A stretch of DNA of 53,257 bases from positions 1-53,257 of the forward strand of contig JAUIBB010000001.1 of the NCBI GenBank assembly GCA_030427685.1, in the 5' to 3' direction. Shown here one piece after another: positions 49,882 to 53,257 of this stretch. Both the position numbers and the translations under genes were made by a program. The stretch is from Alphaproteobacteria bacterium (GTDB lineage Bacteria; Pseudomonadota; Alphaproteobacteria; Rickettsiales; UBA3002). The notes under the pieces are model-generated. The model had not been told where the DNA came from. It searched no databases and saw nothing but the letters and a program-made list of their open reading frames with translations. Within the stretch, counting starts at the first letter, position 1. The number at the start of each line of letters is the position of its first letter.

Positions 49882-51782
49882 GGCGTCGCTCCTGCGCTGT
49901 GGTGCGGGGCTTTGGTGGCAGTGCGGGTTTTGTCCCACCAGCTATCAATCGCCAGATTGTAGGCCGGGGTAATAGGGGGGCGGCCAAATTGATCCCAGTA
50001 GACCACGCGCCACGCATTGATATTCCAATGCGGAATGACGTAATGCTCGCCCAGCAGCACGCGGTCGAGCGCGCGACCTGCGGGGATCAGCTCTTTCAGC
50101 GTTTGTGCGCGTTGGATGCGCTCCACCAGCGCATCGACGGCCTTGTTCCTGACACCCCCCAGATTCTGGCTGCCTTCAATATCGGCCTGACTGGAATGCC
50201 AGAACATAAACTGCTCGCTACCGGGATAGAACAGGCCCTGATTCCACCAGATCGAGATGATGTCAAAATTGTGATGATCGACCCGTTTCTGGTACTGCGA
50301 CGCATCGACATAGCGGAAGCTAGAGGCAATGCCCAGCCGCTCCAGATTGTGGCGCATAATGCCTACCACGCGCTCAAACGTGCGCTGTGTCATCAGGAAT
50401 TCGACGGTCAGCGCTTCGCCGGTTTTGGCATCGGTACGCACGCCGTCTTTCATCACCCATCCGGCGTTATCCAGCAGTGCCTGTGCGCGGATGAGGTTGG
50501 CGCGCGCGAAGCCCGAGCCATCGGTGGTGGGAACCGTATAGGGGGTAGTAAAGATCGCAGCGGGGAGGTTGTGACGATAGGGTGCGAGCAGCGCCAGCTC
50601 TTCTTTGGTTGGCAGGCCGGTGGCGGCGAAATCGGTATTGTTGAAATAGCTGCTATTGCGCTCATACGCGTCGTAAAAGAGCACTTTATTCATCCACTCA
50701 AAATCAAGCGTCAGGCCAATGGCCTCGCGCACGTGTGGGTCAGAGAACTTCTCGGTGCGGGTATTAAACAAAAATCCCTGCATCCCCCGTGGGATCTTAT
50801 GGGGGATGCGTGTTTTGATAAGCGCACCGCTGGCCACTGCCGGGATGTCATAGGCGGTCGCCCAGTTGCGCGCGATATATTCTTCGTGAAAGTCAAACTG
50901 ATGTGACTTGATGCCCTCCAGCGCGACGACATCGTCGCGGTAAATATCGTACTGGATGATGTCGAAATTATGCAGCCCCTTCTGGCTAGGCAGGTTGGCA
51001 CCCCAGTAATCTTTCACCCGCTCGAAGGTGATCGTGCGGCCCGGATCCACCGACTTCACCCGGTACGGCCCCGAGCCCAGCGGTGGGGTGAGGGTAGTTT
51101 TTTCAAAGGGTACGGTATCAAAATAATGCTTCGGCAGCACGGGCATGGAGGCGGCAATCAGTGGGAGTTCACGCTGTGCGGCATCCGCAAAATGAAAGGT
51201 CACCTGCCGAGCACCAGACTTTTCGATGGTGATGGGTTTGAAGAGCACGCGATAGGCCGGATGCCCTTTTTCTTTGAGGGTACGAAAGCTCCAGATCACA
51301 TCGGCGACGGTGATGGGTGCCCCGTCATGCCAGCGTGCTTTGGGATTCAGGGTAAACACCGCCGAGCGGCGATCCGGACTGACGGTAATCGAATCCGCAA
51401 TCAGCCCGTAATAGGATTGCGGCTCATCATACGAGGGTGTCATCAGCGACTGGTAGAGATAGCCCGAAATTCCCGGCGCGGCGACGCCTTTGAGGATGAA
51501 TGGGTTCATGCTATCAAACGGCGCATTGGCGGCGAGTTTGAGCGTGCCACCCTTAGGTGCCTTTGGGTTCACATACTCGAAATGCTGGAAATTGGGCGGG
51601 TATTTGAGATCGCCCCATAGTGCAATGCCGTGTGCAGCCTGCGCAGGCGGTGCGACACATACCAGCGTGATGGCGAGGAGCGCATAGAGACGGCGGCACC
51701 GCAGGCGGAAGCCGCTGGATTGCCGCGTCGGCCTGTGGCCTCCTCGCAATGACGAAATTAATATGTTCAGAGGCTCACGCAT
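49878..51782 (-). CDS. yejA: Extracytoplasmic solute-binding protein, family 5 (YejA-like)
   Basis: Signal peptide ...[10 protein letters not shown]|AHG and [20 protein letters not shown], typical of YejA homologues. The N-terminal boundary is uncertain. Confidence 0.85.
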   Translation of the reverse strand: MREPLNILISSLRGGHRPTRQSSGFRLRCRRLYALLAITLVCVAPPAQAAHGIALWGDLKYPPNFQHFEYVNPKAPKGGTLKLAANAPFDSMNPFILKGVAAPGISGYLYQSLMTPSYDEPQSYYGLIADSITVSPDRRSAVFTLNPKARWHDGAPITVADVIWSFRTLKEKGHPAYRVLFKPITIEKSGARQVTFHFADAAQRELPLIAASMPVLPKHYFDTVPFEKTTLTPPLGSGPYRVKSVDPGRTITFERVKDYWGANLPSQKGLHNFDIIQYDIYRDDVVALEGIKSHQFDFHEEYIARNWATAYDIPAVASGALIKTRIPHKIPRGMQGFLFNTRTEKFSDPHVREAIGLTLDFEWMNKVLFYDAYERNSSYFNNTDFAATGLPTKEELALLAPYRHNLPAAIFTTPYTVPTTDGSGFARANLIRAQALLDNAGWVMKDGVRTDAKTGEALTVEFLMTQRTFERVVGIMRHNLERLGIASSFRYVDASQYQKRVDHHNFDIISIWWNQGLFYPGSEQFMFWHSSQADIEGSQNLGGVRNKAVDALVERIQRAQTLKELIPAGRALDRVLLGEHYVIPHWNINAWRVVYWDQFGRPPITPAYNLAIDSWWDKTRTATKAPHHSAGATP

Positions 51783-51831
51783 CCGCCCACGCTAGGGCGC
51801 AGGCGAAACAAGGTCTAGCAGAAACGTCTGC

Positions 51832-52791
51832 TTACGCGCCCGGCTTGCCCCACGGGGAAGATGGTGTGGCGTCGCGGCTGCTGCGAATCTGGTCGAAGAC
51901 CGTCAATGCCTGTGCGACCATGCTGCCGGCATCCCCGGCATTCGCTGGCATCAGCACGGTGGTGCTGGTTTTTGCCAGCTTCTCGAAGGCGCTGACATAC
52001 TGCTCGGCAATCCGTAACGAAATTGCGTCTTCCCCGCCCTGACGGTTAATGGCAGCAGCGATCAGCTCGATGCCTTTCGCGGTCGCCTCGGCCACGGCGA
52101 TGATAGCCTCGGCCTCTCCTTTCGCGCGGTTGACCTGATCGGTCAGCGCGGCTTCAGAGTTCAGCACGACTTCCTGCTTTTGCCCCTCAGCCATGTTGAT
52201 TTTCGACTGACGCAGCCCTTCCGATTGAAGGATTTCCGCGCGCTTCTGGCGTTCGGCGGCGACTTGCAGCTCCATTGCTTTCAGCACGGTGGCGGGCGGG
52301 GTGATATTCTTGATCTCGTAGCGCATACACTGGATGCCCCAGGTCTGCGATGCCATATTGATCGCCGTCACAATGTTGGCGTTGAGGGTTTCGCGCTCCT
52401 CGAAACACTGGTCGAGCGAGAGCTTGCCGATCTCCGAACGCATGGTGGTCTGCGCAAGCTGCGCAACGGCATAAATCGGGTCGCTTACCCCGTAAGATGC
52501 TTCCACCGGGTCGATAATGCGCAGGTACAGCATGCCGTCCATCATCATGGTCACGTTGTCGCGGGTGATGGCAGGTTGCTCCTGCACCTCGTAGGCAAAT
52601 TCTTTCAGCGAATGACGGTACGCTACGCGCTCAATAAATGGTACGAGGAAGTTGAGGCCGGGCTCCAGCTTGCGGTCAAACTTGCCGAGCTTCTCGACAA
52701 TCCACGCCTGTTGCTGGGGTACGGTCTTGACGCCTTTGAAAATAACAATCAGGCCAATGAAGCCAAGGATAAGCAGGAAAAGTTCAGGCAT
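51832..52791 (-). CDS. SPFH/Band 7 (stomatin-like) membrane protein
   Basis: N-terminal TM, then VPQQQAWIVEKLGKF...PGLNFLVPFI and an Ala/Glu-rich coiled coil. Confidence 0.88.
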   Translation of the reverse strand: MPELFLLILGFIGLIVIFKGVKTVPQQQAWIVEKLGKFDRKLEPGLNFLVPFIERVAYRHSLKEFAYEVQEQPAITRDNVTMMMDGMLYLRIIDPVEASYGVSDPIYAVAQLAQTTMRSEIGKLSLDQCFEERETLNANIVTAINMASQTWGIQCMRYEIKNITPPATVLKAMELQVAAERQKRAEILQSEGLRQSKINMAEGQKQEVVLNSEAALTDQVNRAKGEAEAIIAVAEATAKGIELIAAAINRQGGEDAISLRIAEQYVSAFEKLAKTSTTVLMPANAGDAGSMVAQALTVFDQIRSSRDATPSSPWGKPGA

Positions 52792-52808
52792 GGTGGTGCT
52801 CCTCAGGG

Positions 52809-53252
52809 TTAGGCGGGGATGACAACCAGAACGGAGCCATCCAGTGTGGTGATGCGCACGGTCGTGCCGGGGGAAATAGGGGCATGGTGGGGGTCAGCGA
52901 GGCGTGCGCTCATCAGCGTGCCAGACCAGCGGACGGTGCCTAGCTTGCTGCCGCTCAGGCCTTCGACGGTCACCGCTTCGGTGCCAACGATATTGGAATA
53001 ATGGGGGGCGTTTGGATTCATCCGCCAGCTTTTCAGCTTACGCCAAAGCAGCATCGCACTGATAGCCGTCACAATGGAAAACAACGCCAGCTGCAAAATC
53101 AACGCTTCACTGCCAATGAAGCCCAGCTCAATCGCTGCCGCCGTGACCAGTGCCGCAAGGCCGGCAAACAAAAAACCAATACCGGGAAGGCCAAACGCCT
53201 CAAGCAGCAAAAAGACGCCCGTCGCAACGAGCCAATAGCTGGAATAGGCCAT
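52809..53252 (-). CDS. NfeD-family membrane protein (short form), partner of the SPFH protein
   Basis: Three TM segments plus a C-terminal OB-like soluble domain (GTVRWSGTLMSARL...VRITTLDGSVLVV). Lies immediately upstream of the SPFH gene. Confidence 0.8.
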   Translation of the reverse strand: MAYSSYWLVATGVFLLLEAFGLPGIGFLFAGLAALVTAAAIELGFIGSEALILQLALFSIVTAISAMLLWRKLKSWRMNPNAPHYSNIVGTEAVTVEGLSGSKLGTVRWSGTLMSARLADPHHAPISPGTTVRITTLDGSVLVVIPA

Positions 53253-53257
53253 CCGTG

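Overview
This 53.3-kb window looks like an origin-proximal housekeeping region of an alphaproteobacterial chromosome, about 55-58% GC. All gene calls rest on conserved motifs read from the translations; no database search was possible.

Gene content, left to right:
- 5' end of icd.
- A small set of exported proteins: a prepilin-like protein, an Ala/Glu-rich secreted protein, and an M48-like protein with a destroyed HExxH motif.
- tRNA-Arg(CCU), then an XRE-like gene divergent from putA, a LCM-type methyltransferase and a small ORF.
- A minus-strand TCA block, mdh-sucC-sucD-[3 unknown genes]-sucA-sucB-[small membrane ORF]-lpdA.
- rho, then hemJ-hemH-hemE.
- A 384-bp AT-rich hemE/DUF299 spacer that I predict is oriC.
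- DUF299 kinase-aroE-dnaQ, then the F1 operon atpHAGDC.
- Four uncharacterised ORFs, yggS and a porin.
- DUF3576 lipoprotein-leuS-lptE-holA.
- parB-parA-rsmG-mnmG-mnmE, with four parS palindromes.
- yejFEBA-type peptide ABC importer and an NfeD/SPFH pair.

I found no CRISPR array, transposase, integrase, rRNA or recognisable defence system.

Observations most worth follow-up:
- The predicted oriC, with 5 ATCCCC motifs and an 8/9 DnaA box.
- The parS cluster, about 19 kb from the predicted oriC.
- A three-gene module of unknown function embedded in the TCA operon.
- A translationally coupled unknown + methyltransferase-like pair, and a split ORF, downstream of atpC.
- The catalytically dead M48 homologue.

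None of these is a demonstrably novel system on sequence alone.
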